Shown: positions 41,006 through 51,106 of the stretch, piece by piece | Layout of the letters: the number at the start of each line of letters is the position of its first letter | How positions within the stretch are numbered: the stretch's first letter is position 1 | Assembly (NCBI GenBank): GCA_048939995.1 | Contig: JBHLOY010000002.1 | Coordinates: 352,001 to 416,000 of the forward strand | Source: Promethearchaeota archaeon | GTDB taxonomy: Archaea; Asgardarchaeota; Lokiarchaeia; Sigyniarchaeales; SOKP01 | Reading direction: 5' to 3' | DNA: 64,000 bases | Position numbers and translations under genes: made by a program | Notes under the pieces: generated by a model | What the model saw: the letters and a program-made list of their open reading frames with translations, nothing else | Databases searched by the model: none | Told to the model about the DNA's origin: nothing

Positions 41006-42058
41006 TCAACAAATCCGAGGAATCACTTCACCTACTGGCATTTCGATGAATCTAGTTCCTCCAACTAATGTTTTGAGTAAAACTTTCTTATTATTTTCAG
41101 CTATTACCTCTCCAATAATATTTGCATCTTTTCCAATTTTTGTAGATTTTATTTTTTGAAGAATATTTTCTGCTTGATTAGGATCAACAGATAATAAAGC
41201 TCTACCTTCAGATGCAATATTGAAAGGGTCCAATCCAAGCATTTCGCATACAGCAAATACTTGCTTTTTAATTGGAATGCTATCTTCATCTAACATAATA
41301 CCGATGTTGGATTTCATAGCCCAATCATTCAAAGCAGCAGCTATTCCACCTCTGGTTGGATCTTTCATCGCATGAATATAGTTGTTATTTATATCTGGTT
41401 TTAAGACATCGTAAACCTCTAATAAGGTATTAACATCTGATTCTAAATCTGAAGAAATATTTAGGCCTTCTCGACTTGAGATTAATGCAGTTCCGTGATC
41501 TCCAATTGAACCAGTTATAATAATTTTATCTTTTGGCTGCAAATTATTATCCAAAATTTTAATATGTTTGGCTTTAATTCCTATTCCCGTAATAGCCATA
41601 ATTAATTCATTTAATGTACCACGGGGCATAATTTTTGTATCTCCCGCTATAATAGCGATATTAGCTTCTCTTGCTTTATAATTAAATGAATTGATAATCT
41701 TTTCTAATAAATCGAATTTTAGCCCTTCCTCGATTATAATGATAGAAGTAATGGCTAGAGGCTGGGCACCCATCATTAATAAATCATTAACAGTGCCACA
41801 AACACTTAAAATTCCTAAATTACCGCCAGGAAAAAATAGAGGGTACACAGTGTAACCGTCTGAGGTTACTACAATTTCTTTATCGTAATCCTCTAATGGA
41901 ATCGTAGCTCCGTCATCTAGCTCCTCCACTCCTATTCCTTTATTAACATTTTTATAGGTTATGTTATTAGTAATAAAATTAATTAACTCTTCTTGAAGTA
42001 AACCTCCGGATCCATGAGCAAGACGAATGACACTGGAGCTTACTTTTTTCATACTCAT
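41006..42058 (-). CDS. hypE: Hydrogenase maturation protein HypE
   Basis: AHGSGG, FFPGG, GTVND, GDTK, DPTRGG, C-terminal PRIC. Confidence 0.97.
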   Translation of the reverse strand: MSMKKVSSSVIRLAHGSGGLLQEELINFITNNITYKNVNKGIGVEELDDGATIPLEDYDKEIVVTSDGYTVYPLFFPGGNLGILSVCGTVNDLLMMGAQPLAITSIIIIEEGLKFDLLEKIINSFNYKAREANIAIIAGDTKIMPRGTLNELIMAITGIGIKAKHIKILDNNLQPKDKIIITGSIGDHGTALISSREGLNISSDLESDVNTLLEVYDVLKPDINNNYIHAMKDPTRGGIAAALNDWAMKSNIGIMLDEDSIPIKKQVFAVCEMLGLDPFNIASEGRALLSVDPNQAENILQKIKSTKIGKDANIIGEVIAENNKKVLLKTLVGGTRFIEMPVGEVIPRIC

Positions 42059-42229
42059 AATTGAACTTAAGAAGCAAAAATTATAAGAATTTAGATTTTA
42101 ATTAATAGCTTTTCGTGAAGTTTGACCTCTCACTAAAAATAAATAAAAGCAAAAAATCAAAATGGATATCTTTCTATAATATTATAGTAAAAACTCTAAA
42201 ATCTAAGTTTGGATTATAAGAAAAAAAGA

Positions 42230-43405
42230 TTAAATACCTTCCTTAATAATTGGTTTTCTATCAAGGAAGAAGAGAGTTATTACAGTAGATAATGGAATTA
42301 AGATCCCTAAAATTAGCATAGCTTTGGTACCCCAAAAGCTAAAAATTAATCCTGATATGGGGGCTCCTATCGCAATCCCAGTAACAATAATTGCATAAAA
42401 AGTTCCAGTTGCTATCCCACGAATTCCTTCCTCTGTGTGATTCCTAATAATTCCTGCTGAGGTGGGAAATATCATTCCATGTCCAATCCCAAAAATAATC
42501 ATTCCAAATATCGGGATTGGGATTAAAATTGAAATTGTTAATATGGTAAAGCTAAGTGAGACCAAAATTAAACCTATACTCATTATTTTCAACTTTCCCT
42601 TCTTATCGCTTAATAAACCTGAAGGATAGTGAATAATAATAGAAATAAATACTAATATGCTGAAAATAATTCCAATTTGACTGTCTGAATAGCTAGCTTC
42701 TTTCAAAAGAACAGAATATGTTGCTGTAATAATACCCAAATTAAAATTCAGTGCCATAATGCTTAAATATGAGGGTAGAATCTTCTTTGAAATAATAATA
42801 CTTTTTAATATTTCAAATTCTTTTTTAAAGCTAAATTTTTCTTTAATAGGATGATAGATTGGGGGCAAGAAAAGTGAAAAGGTAGCCATAAAAAACAATA
42901 GAATTGAAACAAGAAGAAATAAATTTTTGTATCCAACCCCTGTAGCCCCTATTCCCCCAATCATGAATCCTAGTAAGAGAGCGATACCAAATGAGATTCC
43001 ATATAATGCCATTCCTCTCCCACTCTTTTCTTTTGGAGTTGCATCTGAAAAGTACGCCATTGTTCCTGGTCCTCCAAGTCCTCCTCCTAAGCCATGGATC
43101 AATCTTGCAAAAAGTAAAAAGAAAGGATTTGTTGCAAAGGAATAAAGTAATATCGAAAAACCATCTAAGATTATTCCTATAGATATTAATAACTTTCTGC
43201 CTAATTTATCAACCAATCTCCCAGAAATTATGTTAGATGGAATGTGAACCATTGAATAGGCTCCAACAATAATAGATGCAAAAAAAACCGATGCACCTAA
43301 GCTAATTGCATAATTAGAGATTATAGGAATGACAACGGTACTGTCAAAATTAACTATAAAGGTTAAACTCAAAACAAGAATATAATGATGTTTGCTAAGT
43401 TTCAA
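42230..43405 (-). CDS. MFS transporter (DHA1-like)
   Basis: GRLVDKLGRK motif A; about 12 TM. Confidence 0.9.
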   Translation of the reverse strand: MKLSKHHYILVLSLTFIVNFDSTVVIPIISNYAISLGASVFFASIIVGAYSMVHIPSNIISGRLVDKLGRKLLISIGIILDGFSILLYSFATNPFFLLFARLIHGLGGGLGGPGTMAYFSDATPKEKSGRGMALYGISFGIALLLGFMIGGIGATGVGYKNLFLLVSILLFFMATFSLFLPPIYHPIKEKFSFKKEFEILKSIIISKKILPSYLSIMALNFNLGIITATYSVLLKEASYSDSQIGIIFSILVFISIIIHYPSGLLSDKKGKLKIMSIGLILVSLSFTILTISILIPIPIFGMIIFGIGHGMIFPTSAGIIRNHTEEGIRGIATGTFYAIIVTGIAIGAPISGLIFSFWGTKAMLILGILIPLSTVITLFFLDRKPIIKEGI

Positions 43406-43499
43406 TGTTATGTTCTTTTAACAAAGTTTATGAAATATAATCATAAAGTCCTTTTAAAATCATTTCCTATACATTTTAAGAATTTTAGAAAAAAAAAAA

Positions 43500-43844
43500 A
43501 TGATTTTAATTATGATTTCACCTAATAAGCATTCTGAAAGAGAAAGGTTTACTGTCCAGACAATGATAAAAATGTATTGTAAAAAATTTCATGATCATAA
43601 TAGTGAATTTTGTGTTGAATGTTCTGAACTTCTTGAATATGCTGAAGAAAGGTTAAAGTATTGTCAATTTGGTAAAGATAAACCAACTTGTAGGAAATGT
43701 CCTATTCATTGTTATAAACCCCTCATGAGAGAAAAGATACAAAAAGTCATGCGATATTCTGGTCCTCGCATGATATATTCACATCCATTAATGGGAATTC
43801 GCTATCTTTTTAAAAAATTTAAGCATATTGAAGAACTAGATTAG
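43500..43844 (+). CDS. YgbA / nitrous-oxide-stimulated promoter family protein
   Basis: MYC..H, CxxC, KPTCRKCPIHCY, MRYSGPRM. Confidence 0.85.
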   Translation: MILIMISPNKHSERERFTVQTMIKMYCKKFHDHNSEFCVECSELLEYAEERLKYCQFGKDKPTCRKCPIHCYKPLMREKIQKVMRYSGPRMIYSHPLMGIRYLFKKFKHIEELD

Positions 43845-45223
43845 CTGTTATCTTTATAGTTTTTATGACCTAAAATACTGTCAGCAAAAGTGAATCTATT
43901 GAATAATCCGACTGGATCCTTAATAAATTTTAAAATTTCTTCAGGATCACGCTCAGAAAATAAGGACCCTAATGTGCTTATGAATTTTATACCTTGATCA
44001 TCAACACCAACTGGAGGTCCATAACATCCCAAACAAGGGGCATTTCCTTTATTAGGACAGATAGTGCCACATCCTGCTTGAGTAACTAAACCTAAACATA
44101 TATAACCTTGCTCTAAGAAACACTTATCTGTTGTAGGTAATCCTTCATAATCTCTTTTTAAGTTAGTAGGAACTTTATCAACTATAATTCGATCGCAATG
44201 GCTACAAACTGTTTTAGAGCTAAATTTGAAATTGGGATCATTTTTCAGTTGAAGAATTATCGAGCTAATTATATTATCGTTTATTTCAATTCCCGTTGGT
44301 CTTAAATCTAATTCTTTGTTTTCCCCACTCTCTATTTCATTAAAGCTTTCAGGTTCATATGCCAAACGTTGCACTAAATCATCATAAAAGTAGAAATTTG
44401 TGATACTAGCGGATCCTAAATACAATATCAGGAAGTGCAGAAAGTTTGTTCGTGTTTCCTCATTCAATTGATCTAAACTCATAATTAATTCTAGTAGATT
44501 CTCTGCTTTCTCTCCGGGAATTTTTGTATGTCTAAAGCAACCGAAACAAATCTCACCTTTATTTGGGCACATTAATTTGCATCCTCCGGCAGTAATCGAT
44601 CCATAACATAATGTACTATTATCTAAAAAGCATCCATTATTAAACAAATCGCAATTGTCGCAGACACATCTACTTTGATTTTGTTGATTAGAACGGTCTC
44701 TAATAAAAGATTTTAAGTGCAACATTGTTGCAACAATATTTTCAGTTTTTGGGGGGCAACCTGGGACAAATATGTCCACATGAATAAGATCTTTAACGTT
44801 ATAAACATATTTCTCAATATTTGGTAAATCATTATTTTTTACATGAATTTGTTCTTCTATTGATGCTTTATTTCTTAGAAGCTCGTTTTTTTCCAAATCA
44901 TCTTTATCAATTAGATTGGCTAATCCGGGAATGCTTCCATAACATGCACAAGCTCCTAGAGATACTATAATATCACTCATTTCTCTTAATGTCTTGACAT
45001 TAGCAGTATCTTGTTCCGTCCTTATAATTCCCTCTATAATTCCAACCTTAAAATTTCCATTCTCTTTAATATTATTTTGAGCATTGTTTCCCGGCCAAAA
45101 AATGAAATCTATCTCAGGAAGAATAGGTAATAACTCAAAGTGTGCATTTAAGAGACTCTGATGACAACCCCAGCAAGAACTAAGCTGTAGATAATATACA
45201 GATAAAGCCATTTTTAAAAACAA
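43841..45223 (-). CDS. mvhG: F420-non-reducing hydrogenase small subunit-like protein with duplicated C-terminal Fe-S domain
   Basis: SCWGC, EG, GACACYGSIPGL, PGCPP, two CxxC...CFL...CxG..T.xGC...CP...CxGC blocks. Confidence 0.8.
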   Translation of the reverse strand: MFLKMALSVYYLQLSSCWGCHQSLLNAHFELLPILPEIDFIFWPGNNAQNNIKENGNFKVGIIEGIIRTEQDTANVKTLREMSDIIVSLGACACYGSIPGLANLIDKDDLEKNELLRNKASIEEQIHVKNNDLPNIEKYVYNVKDLIHVDIFVPGCPPKTENIVATMLHLKSFIRDRSNQQNQSRCVCDNCDLFNNGCFLDNSTLCYGSITAGGCKLMCPNKGEICFGCFRHTKIPGEKAENLLELIMSLDQLNEETRTNFLHFLILYLGSASITNFYFYDDLVQRLAYEPESFNEIESGENKELDLRPTGIEINDNIISSIILQLKNDPNFKFSSKTVCSHCDRIIVDKVPTNLKRDYEGLPTTDKCFLEQGYICLGLVTQAGCGTICPNKGNAPCLGCYGPPVGVDDQGIKFISTLGSLFSERDPEEILKFIKDPVGLFNRFTFADSILGHKNYKDNS

Positions 45224-45610
45224 CTATTCGTAATATTTAGCTAAATAATATAATTAAATTAGAAAAGAGTAAAATTAAAAACAGATGGTTATAAAAAAAA
45301 AGAATCTACTTATAGTAAATAGTGCTTCTTTATTTTTATATATAACTTATATTGAATCGATCCCTAAAATTGGCTAACAGTTTTATCCTGAAATTGTAGA
45401 AAGTAAGTGATTTAAATCACAATTAAAGGCAGTTGAATCTATTGAAATATAATTAAAATATAATTAATAAAAGTTATCAATATAATACCTATAGTTTGAA
45501 TCCTTAACTAAACTCCTAATCGTAATTCTTATATGAAAACGGCTTTTTTTATGAGATTGATTTAAAGAGCTAAGGTGAACAATCTTTCGATTTTTTGTTA
45601 TATAAAGTAA

Positions 45611-45686
45611 GTTTAAAATTTCAACTAATTTCAGAAAATTGTTTAAAATTAAGATATTATGATATTGAGCAGTTTAAATTTCCCAA
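45611..45686 (+). promoter_or_regulatory. Triple-box operator upstream of hdrC
   Basis: Boxes at 45611, 45641, 45672 (gtttaaaatt core); same spacing at 50651 and 59579. Confidence 0.65.
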
Positions 45687-45828
45687 TCCTATAATAACTA
45701 AAAGAAAAACTTAAATATAAGGAAAAGGTCTATTTTAGCAGACGTGAATAAAGTTAAGTCTATTCTATCTTTTCTAAATTGTTATCTTATCTAAAAAGTT
45801 TGTTAATCAGAAGGAGAATAAAAAATTA

Positions 45829-46425
45829 TTGGAGAAGAGTACAAAAATGATCGAATCTGAACCAGAAATTATTAAAGTTTTCACAGAAGATTTAGCTGAT
45901 TCCTTAAAGAATGCAGGATATCCCCAGATTGATGCATGTATTCAATGTGGAACTTGTTCTGGAGGATGTCCATCAGGAAGAAGGACAGCACTAAAAGTTA
46001 GGACAATCATAAGAAAAGTCCAATTAGGAATTGAAGAAATTCTTAACACCAATGATATTTGGTATTGTTCAACTTGTTATACTTGCCTTGAAAGATGTCC
46101 CCGTAAATTACCTATAACAGATATGCTTATTTATTTGAGAAATCTGGCAGTTCAGAAAGGTTTCATACTTGAGAGTCATCTTGATTTATGTAAGAAACTT
46201 TATAATTCAGGTCATGGAGTTCCTATAGACGATGATAAATGGAAAAAGTTAAGAAAAGCTTACGGTTTAAAACAAATTCCACCAACTGTCCACTCTAATC
46301 AAAAAGATCTAGAAGAAATCCAAATACTTCTCCATAGTGCTAAATTTGATGAATTAGTAAATCTCAAGTCTGAAAAAGATGAGGAGAACGAAGAAGAAAG
46401 ATATTATATTACTAATACCATGTAA
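45829..46425 (+). CDS. hdrC: Heterodisulfide reductase subunit C
   Basis: CIQCGTCSGGCPSGRRT, WYCSTCYTCLERCPR. Confidence 0.95.
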   Translation: MEKSTKMIESEPEIIKVFTEDLADSLKNAGYPQIDACIQCGTCSGGCPSGRRTALKVRTIIRKVQLGIEEILNTNDIWYCSTCYTCLERCPRKLPITDMLIYLRNLAVQKGFILESHLDLCKKLYNSGHGVPIDDDKWKKLRKAYGLKQIPPTVHSNQKDLEEIQILLHSAKFDELVNLKSEKDEENEEERYYITNTM

Positions 46426-46439
46426 AAGGTCATATAAGG

Positions 46440-47396
46440 ATGGGGGTAAATCGAAAATATTCACTTTTCCTTGGATGTGTTATTCCAAATCGATATCCCT
46501 TTATTGAATTAGCGACTCGTAAAGTATTTCAAAAATTGGGTATCGAATTTGTTGAAATGGATGGGGCATCTTGTTGTCCAGCTCCGGGGGTATTTCGTGG
46601 ATTTGATATAGATACTTGGTTAATTGTTGGAGCTAGAAATTTAACTATTGCTGAACAAAACAAACTTGACCTCGCTACGATGTGTAATGGTTGCTACGGA
46701 AGTCTACTTGAGGTGAATCACCAATTAAAAACTAATAAACAAAAATTAGAGATGGTTAACGAACATCTTGCTAAAATTAATCGAGAATATCACGGAAGTG
46801 TAAATGTAAAACATATCATCGAAATTCTTTATAAGGATATAGGAATTGAAAAATTAAAGAATAGAGTTAAATATGGTCGTAAGAAAGCATTAGACTTAAA
46901 CGTGGCAGTCCATTATGGTTGTCATATTCAAAAACCAGCTAGTATTCGACCATGGGGTAATGAAACAGAAAAACCGCGATTTTTAGACGAATTAGTAGAA
47001 ATTACAGGTTGTAGAAGTATAGATTATAGAGATAAAAATATGTGTTGTGGTGCAGCTGGAGCTGTCAGAAGTGCCTTTAAAGAAGTTTCATTAGATTTTA
47101 CTAGGGAGAAGTTAGAAAACATGAGGGCAGCTGGAGCAGAAGTTATCGTTACTGCTTGCCCTTTTTGTCATCTCCAATTCGATTTAGGTCAAATTGAAAT
47201 TAATAATATATTTAAAGAAAAGATCGAAGCTCCTTTTAATATTCCTGTTATTTACTATACACAATTATTAGGTCTCGCGTTAGGTTTAAACCCTGAAGAT
47301 GTTGGATTAGTAAGGGATATAGAATTGAAAGGAGTACCTCCATTCACATCGATTAAACCATTTTTAGAAAGAGTGAGTGATGAAGTTGAAGGATGA
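46440..47396 (+). CDS. hdrB: Heterodisulfide reductase subunit B
   Basis: FLGCVIPNRYP, SCCPAPG, CNGC, HYGCH, CCGA, CPFCHLQFD. Confidence 0.96.
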   Translation: MGVNRKYSLFLGCVIPNRYPFIELATRKVFQKLGIEFVEMDGASCCPAPGVFRGFDIDTWLIVGARNLTIAEQNKLDLATMCNGCYGSLLEVNHQLKTNKQKLEMVNEHLAKINREYHGSVNVKHIIEILYKDIGIEKLKNRVKYGRKKALDLNVAVHYGCHIQKPASIRPWGNETEKPRFLDELVEITGCRSIDYRDKNMCCGAAGAVRSAFKEVSLDFTREKLENMRAAGAEVIVTACPFCHLQFDLGQIEINNIFKEKIEAPFNIPVIYYTQLLGLALGLNPEDVGLVRDIELKGVPPFTSIKPFLERVSDEVEG

Positions 47397-49359
47397 GCAG
47401 AAAGTAGGTGTGTTTATTTGTCACTGTGGTAATAATATCGCAGGTGTAATAGATGTAGAGAAACTGACCGATTATGCCAAAACTTTACCTAATGTAAATG
47501 TAGCGGAAAATTATAAATTTATGTGTTCAGAAATCGGTCAAGGATTAATTCAAGAAAAAATTGAAAATGGTGAAATTGATCGCGTAATAGTAGCGGCTTG
47601 TTCACCCCGAATGCATGAATCAACTTTTAAAAAAGTTTGTGAAGATGCTGGCTTAAATCAATATTTATGCGAGATAGCAAATATTCGTGAGCAATGTAGT
47701 TGGGTAAATATGAATGATCCTAAAGGAGCTTATGAAATTGCTAAAGCACATGTTAGGATGGGTGTAGCTAAAGTTAATCAACTAAAAGCTTTGGAGAAAT
47801 TTTATGTTGATGTTGAACCTGCATGCTTAGTTGTAGGCGGAGGGATAGCAGGTATGAATGCTTCGTTAGATCTTGCCAATTTTGGTTATAAAGTTTATTT
47901 AGTTGAAAAAACTCCTACAATAGGTGGCCATATGGCACAACTAGATAAAACATTTCCAACGTTAGATTGTTCATCATGTGTTATTACACCTAAGATGTCT
48001 GAAGTAGCCAAAGCTAAAAATATTGAATTATTAACCTATTCTGAAGTTTCTGAAATTTCGGGGTACATAGGTAATTTTAATGTTAAAATAAAAAAATATC
48101 CTCACTATATTGACCAAGAAAAATGTACTGGGTGTGGAAGTTGTGCGGAGTCATGCATTGCCATAAGTCCAAATGAATTCGATATTGGTATGAAAAAAAG
48201 AAAGGCTGCATATATCCCTTTTCCTCAGGCAGTTCCAGGAAAATATACAATTGATATGGAGCATTGCATAAAATGTGGAATATGCGCTGAAATATGTCCT
48301 GTTGGAGCAGTTAATTATGATGATAAAGTAGAATATGAAGAAGTAAAAGTAGGAGCAATAGTATTAGCAACTGGCTTTGACACATATGATCCAACAATAT
48401 TAACTCAATATGGATATGGGAGTTATCCAAATGTTATTACTGGACTCCAAATGGAAAGATTATTAAGTTCTTTTGGTCCGACTGGTGGCAAAATCGAAAG
48501 ACCATCAGATTTAAAAGAACCATCAACAATTGTTTTCCTACAATGTGTAGGTAGCAGAGATTTTACTGAAAAAGGAAATAAATACTGCTCTAGAGTGTGT
48601 TGCATGTATTCAGTAAAACAAGCTCGTCTTTATAAAGAGAAGCATCCAGATTCCAAAGTTTATATTTTTTATATTGACATCCGTGCATTTGGAAAAGGTT
48701 ATGAAGAATTCTATGATTCCACTGCAAGAGATTTTCATATAAAGTATATAAGAGGAAGAATTTCTGAAGTACTTGAAGATAAAGATCATAATATTATTAT
48801 TCGTGGAGAAGATACTCTCCTTCAAAGGTTAATTGAAATTAAAGCAGATTTACTAGTTTTAGCCGTGGGACTAGAACCGCGCGTAGATTCAAATGAAGTT
48901 GCACACTTATTTAATGTTCAGAAATCAGAGGATGGATTTTTAATGGAAGCACATCCAAAATTACGTCCAGTAGAAACCCTTACAGATGGGATATTCATTG
49001 CTGGAACAGCTCAAGGTCCTAAAGATATTCCTGACACTGTTGCACAAGCTAAAGCTGCTGCTGTAGAAGCAGCTTTATTAATTAATAAAGGAAAAGTTGA
49101 GATTGATCCGATTTTTTCAATTGTATTAAGCCATAAATGCACTGGTTGCAAAAGTTGTTTGAGTTTATGTCCTTATAATGCAATTTCATTTGATGAATTT
49201 AAAAGAATTGCTGAAATTAATAAGGTTTTGTGCAAGGGATGTGGTACTTGTGTTGCTGCTTGCCCAAGTTCTGCGATTATACAAAATCAATTTGGAGATG
49301 TACAATTATTACCAATGATCCATACCGCTATTCAAAAACCAGATGAGGTGGAGGGTTGA
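47377..49359 (+). CDS. hdrA: Heterodisulfide reductase subunit A (Cys-encoded)
   Basis: CHCGNNI, ACSP..HE, REQCSW, GGGIAG, KTFPTLDCSSC, QCVGSRD, CSRVCC, ferredoxin motifs. Confidence 0.97.
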   Translation: MMKLKDEQKVGVFICHCGNNIAGVIDVEKLTDYAKTLPNVNVAENYKFMCSEIGQGLIQEKIENGEIDRVIVAACSPRMHESTFKKVCEDAGLNQYLCEIANIREQCSWVNMNDPKGAYEIAKAHVRMGVAKVNQLKALEKFYVDVEPACLVVGGGIAGMNASLDLANFGYKVYLVEKTPTIGGHMAQLDKTFPTLDCSSCVITPKMSEVAKAKNIELLTYSEVSEISGYIGNFNVKIKKYPHYIDQEKCTGCGSCAESCIAISPNEFDIGMKKRKAAYIPFPQAVPGKYTIDMEHCIKCGICAEICPVGAVNYDDKVEYEEVKVGAIVLATGFDTYDPTILTQYGYGSYPNVITGLQMERLLSSFGPTGGKIERPSDLKEPSTIVFLQCVGSRDFTEKGNKYCSRVCCMYSVKQARLYKEKHPDSKVYIFYIDIRAFGKGYEEFYDSTARDFHIKYIRGRISEVLEDKDHNIIIRGEDTLLQRLIEIKADLLVLAVGLEPRVDSNEVAHLFNVQKSEDGFLMEAHPKLRPVETLTDGIFIAGTAQGPKDIPDTVAQAKAAAVEAALLINKGKVEIDPIFSIVLSHKCTGCKSCLSLCPYNAISFDEFKRIAEINKVLCKGCGTCVAACPSSAIIQNQFGDVQLLPMIHTAIQKPDEVEG

Positions 49360-49790
49360 TTATCATGACAGAAGTTTCCTCTTTTGATCCATCAATTTTA
49401 GGTATTTTTTGTCATTGGTGTTCATATGCAGGAGCAGATCAAGCAGGAACATCACGAATGCAGAGATATGCTAGTCTAAGAATTTTACGTGTGATGTGCG
49501 GAGGAAGGATTGACCCTAATTTTGTGGTTACTGCCTTAAAAGATGGAGTAGATGGCGTTTTAATTTCACATTGTCATCTCGGAGATTGTCATTACGTTAC
49601 AGGAAATCATAAAACTGCAAGAAAAATACCATTACTTACGAAATATTTAAAACAATTGGGAATTAACCCAAAGAGAATTAAGTATGTCTTTGTTTCTGCA
49701 TCTGAGGGAAGTAAACTTACGAATATTGTTAATGAATTTGTAGAAGAATTAAAAGAATTAGGTCCTAATCCATTAAAAAAATCGGATTAA
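49356..49790 (+). CDS. mvhD: [2Fe-2S] subunit MvhD (Cys-encoded)
   Basis: CHWCSYAGAD, RVMCGGR, CHLGDCHY. Confidence 0.95.
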   Translation: MIIMTEVSSFDPSILGIFCHWCSYAGADQAGTSRMQRYASLRILRVMCGGRIDPNFVVTALKDGVDGVLISHCHLGDCHYVTGNHKTARKIPLLTKYLKQLGINPKRIKYVFVSASEGSKLTNIVNEFVEELKELGPNPLKKSD

Positions 49791-49826
49791 CTTTATAAAG
49801 AAATAATATGTTAGGTTGAGCGAAAA

Positions 49827-50501
49827 TTGTATCCAAGAGTTAAAGAAATTCAGACAAATAAATTCAATGAATCAATTTTAAATTTTTATACTGAAAATTA
49901 TACGATTAAGATTGATAAGGAGAGATGCATTGGATGTGGAATTTGTATTAAAGTCTGTCCTAATAATGCTATTCCTGCTCAAGATCTAGAAGGAAAAGTA
50001 CGAATTAAGACTGAGAATCTTGTGCCAGGCACACCGAATGCGCTTAAATGTTCATATTGTGGGACTTGCATGTATATGTGTCCTTTAACAGCAATATCTT
50101 TAAAACATAATAGAAAATTGATAAATAAAGAAGATCTGGGGATCGTAAAAAATAAGGTGGTTCCAGAATTAGATTTTAAATCGATTAACTCTGATAAATT
50201 TCAGAAAGAGATTAAAGTATACTTTGATGGTAAAATATCTATTGATTGGGATAAATGCATTTCATGCATGTCATGTGTGGATGTCTGTCCAGTTGAAGCT
50301 TTTTTTAAATCTAACACTCAGGATGGCAAAGATGAAAAAAGAAAAAGAGTTTCATTTAATCAAGATGCATGCATAAATTGTGGTACCTGTGTTAGAGCTT
50401 GTTCAGTCAAAGCTATAAGTTTAAAAGATCGTGCATTAAACTTTTCTGGGGATTTTAAAAAGATATTTTGGGAAGCTTTATTAACACGTATCAAAACTTG
50501 A
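49827..50501 (+). CDS. Polyferredoxin with four [4Fe-4S] motifs
   Basis: Four CxxCxxCxxxC motifs; last gene of the hdr cluster. Confidence 0.88.
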   Translation: MYPRVKEIQTNKFNESILNFYTENYTIKIDKERCIGCGICIKVCPNNAIPAQDLEGKVRIKTENLVPGTPNALKCSYCGTCMYMCPLTAISLKHNRKLINKEDLGIVKNKVVPELDFKSINSDKFQKEIKVYFDGKISIDWDKCISCMSCVDVCPVEAFFKSNTQDGKDEKRKRVSFNQDACINCGTCVRACSVKAISLKDRALNFSGDFKKIFWEALLTRIKT

Positions 50502-50650
50502 AATTATCAAAAACTTATATTTTATAATAAAATAGTTACAGTTCTTATTCAAATTTTGGAAGATTGATCAAAGAAAATTGGTAATTATCGAAATTTGATC
50601 ATCTATTTTGTTTTTTTTTACTGAAAGAAAATATTTTACCTAGTAAAAAA

Positions 50651-50726
50651 TTTCCATATTGAAACAATAACTGCAAAATTGTTTAAAATTGAAACTACAA
50701 TGGATTCAGTTGTTTAAATTAACCAA
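50651..50726 (+). promoter_or_regulatory. Triple-box operator upstream of the 50814 ORF
   Basis: Boxes at 50651, 50681 (gtttaaaattgaaac), 50712; TATA-like tttaaata at 50738. Confidence 0.65.
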
Positions 50727-50813
50727 TAACCGATATATTTAAATATTCTCAATAAGAATTCTAATTTAGATAAAATAAATTAATGCAAATTAAAAATAAA
50801 AAGATGTTAATAT

Positions 50814-51008
50814 ATGGTTGAAGCAATATCTGTTGAATTGGAACTAGAAGAAAAGTTAGCTATTCCCATAATTGAAATTGATGGAAAGGAAAACACTGAT
50901 AAATATTTCGAATTATTGTTAGCTGGGACACCCCACTTAAAGTTCTCTATAGCAAATAAAGAGGGAAAAGAGCTCTATTCTAATCTTATGAATGTCGAAA
51001 TGCGTTAG
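50814..51008 (+). CDS. Small acidic hypothetical protein
   Basis: 64-aa ATG ORF behind a conserved promoter architecture. Confidence 0.55.
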   Translation: MVEAISVELELEEKLAIPIIEIDGKENTDKYFELLLAGTPHLKFSIANKEGKELYSNLMNVEMR

Positions 51009-51106
51009 AGATTGAATGATGTGCCTCTTAAGCGGTTTATAGCTAAAATAATTTTATTTTTATGAATGTTTATCTATTTTTCTTTCTATTGAATTAGAAG
51101 GTTAAT

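Noticed and set aside
45407-45420. Perfect palindrome gtgatttaaatcac between mvhG and hdrC
   Set aside because: Single occurrence in AT-rich DNA; could be an operator but has no independent support.
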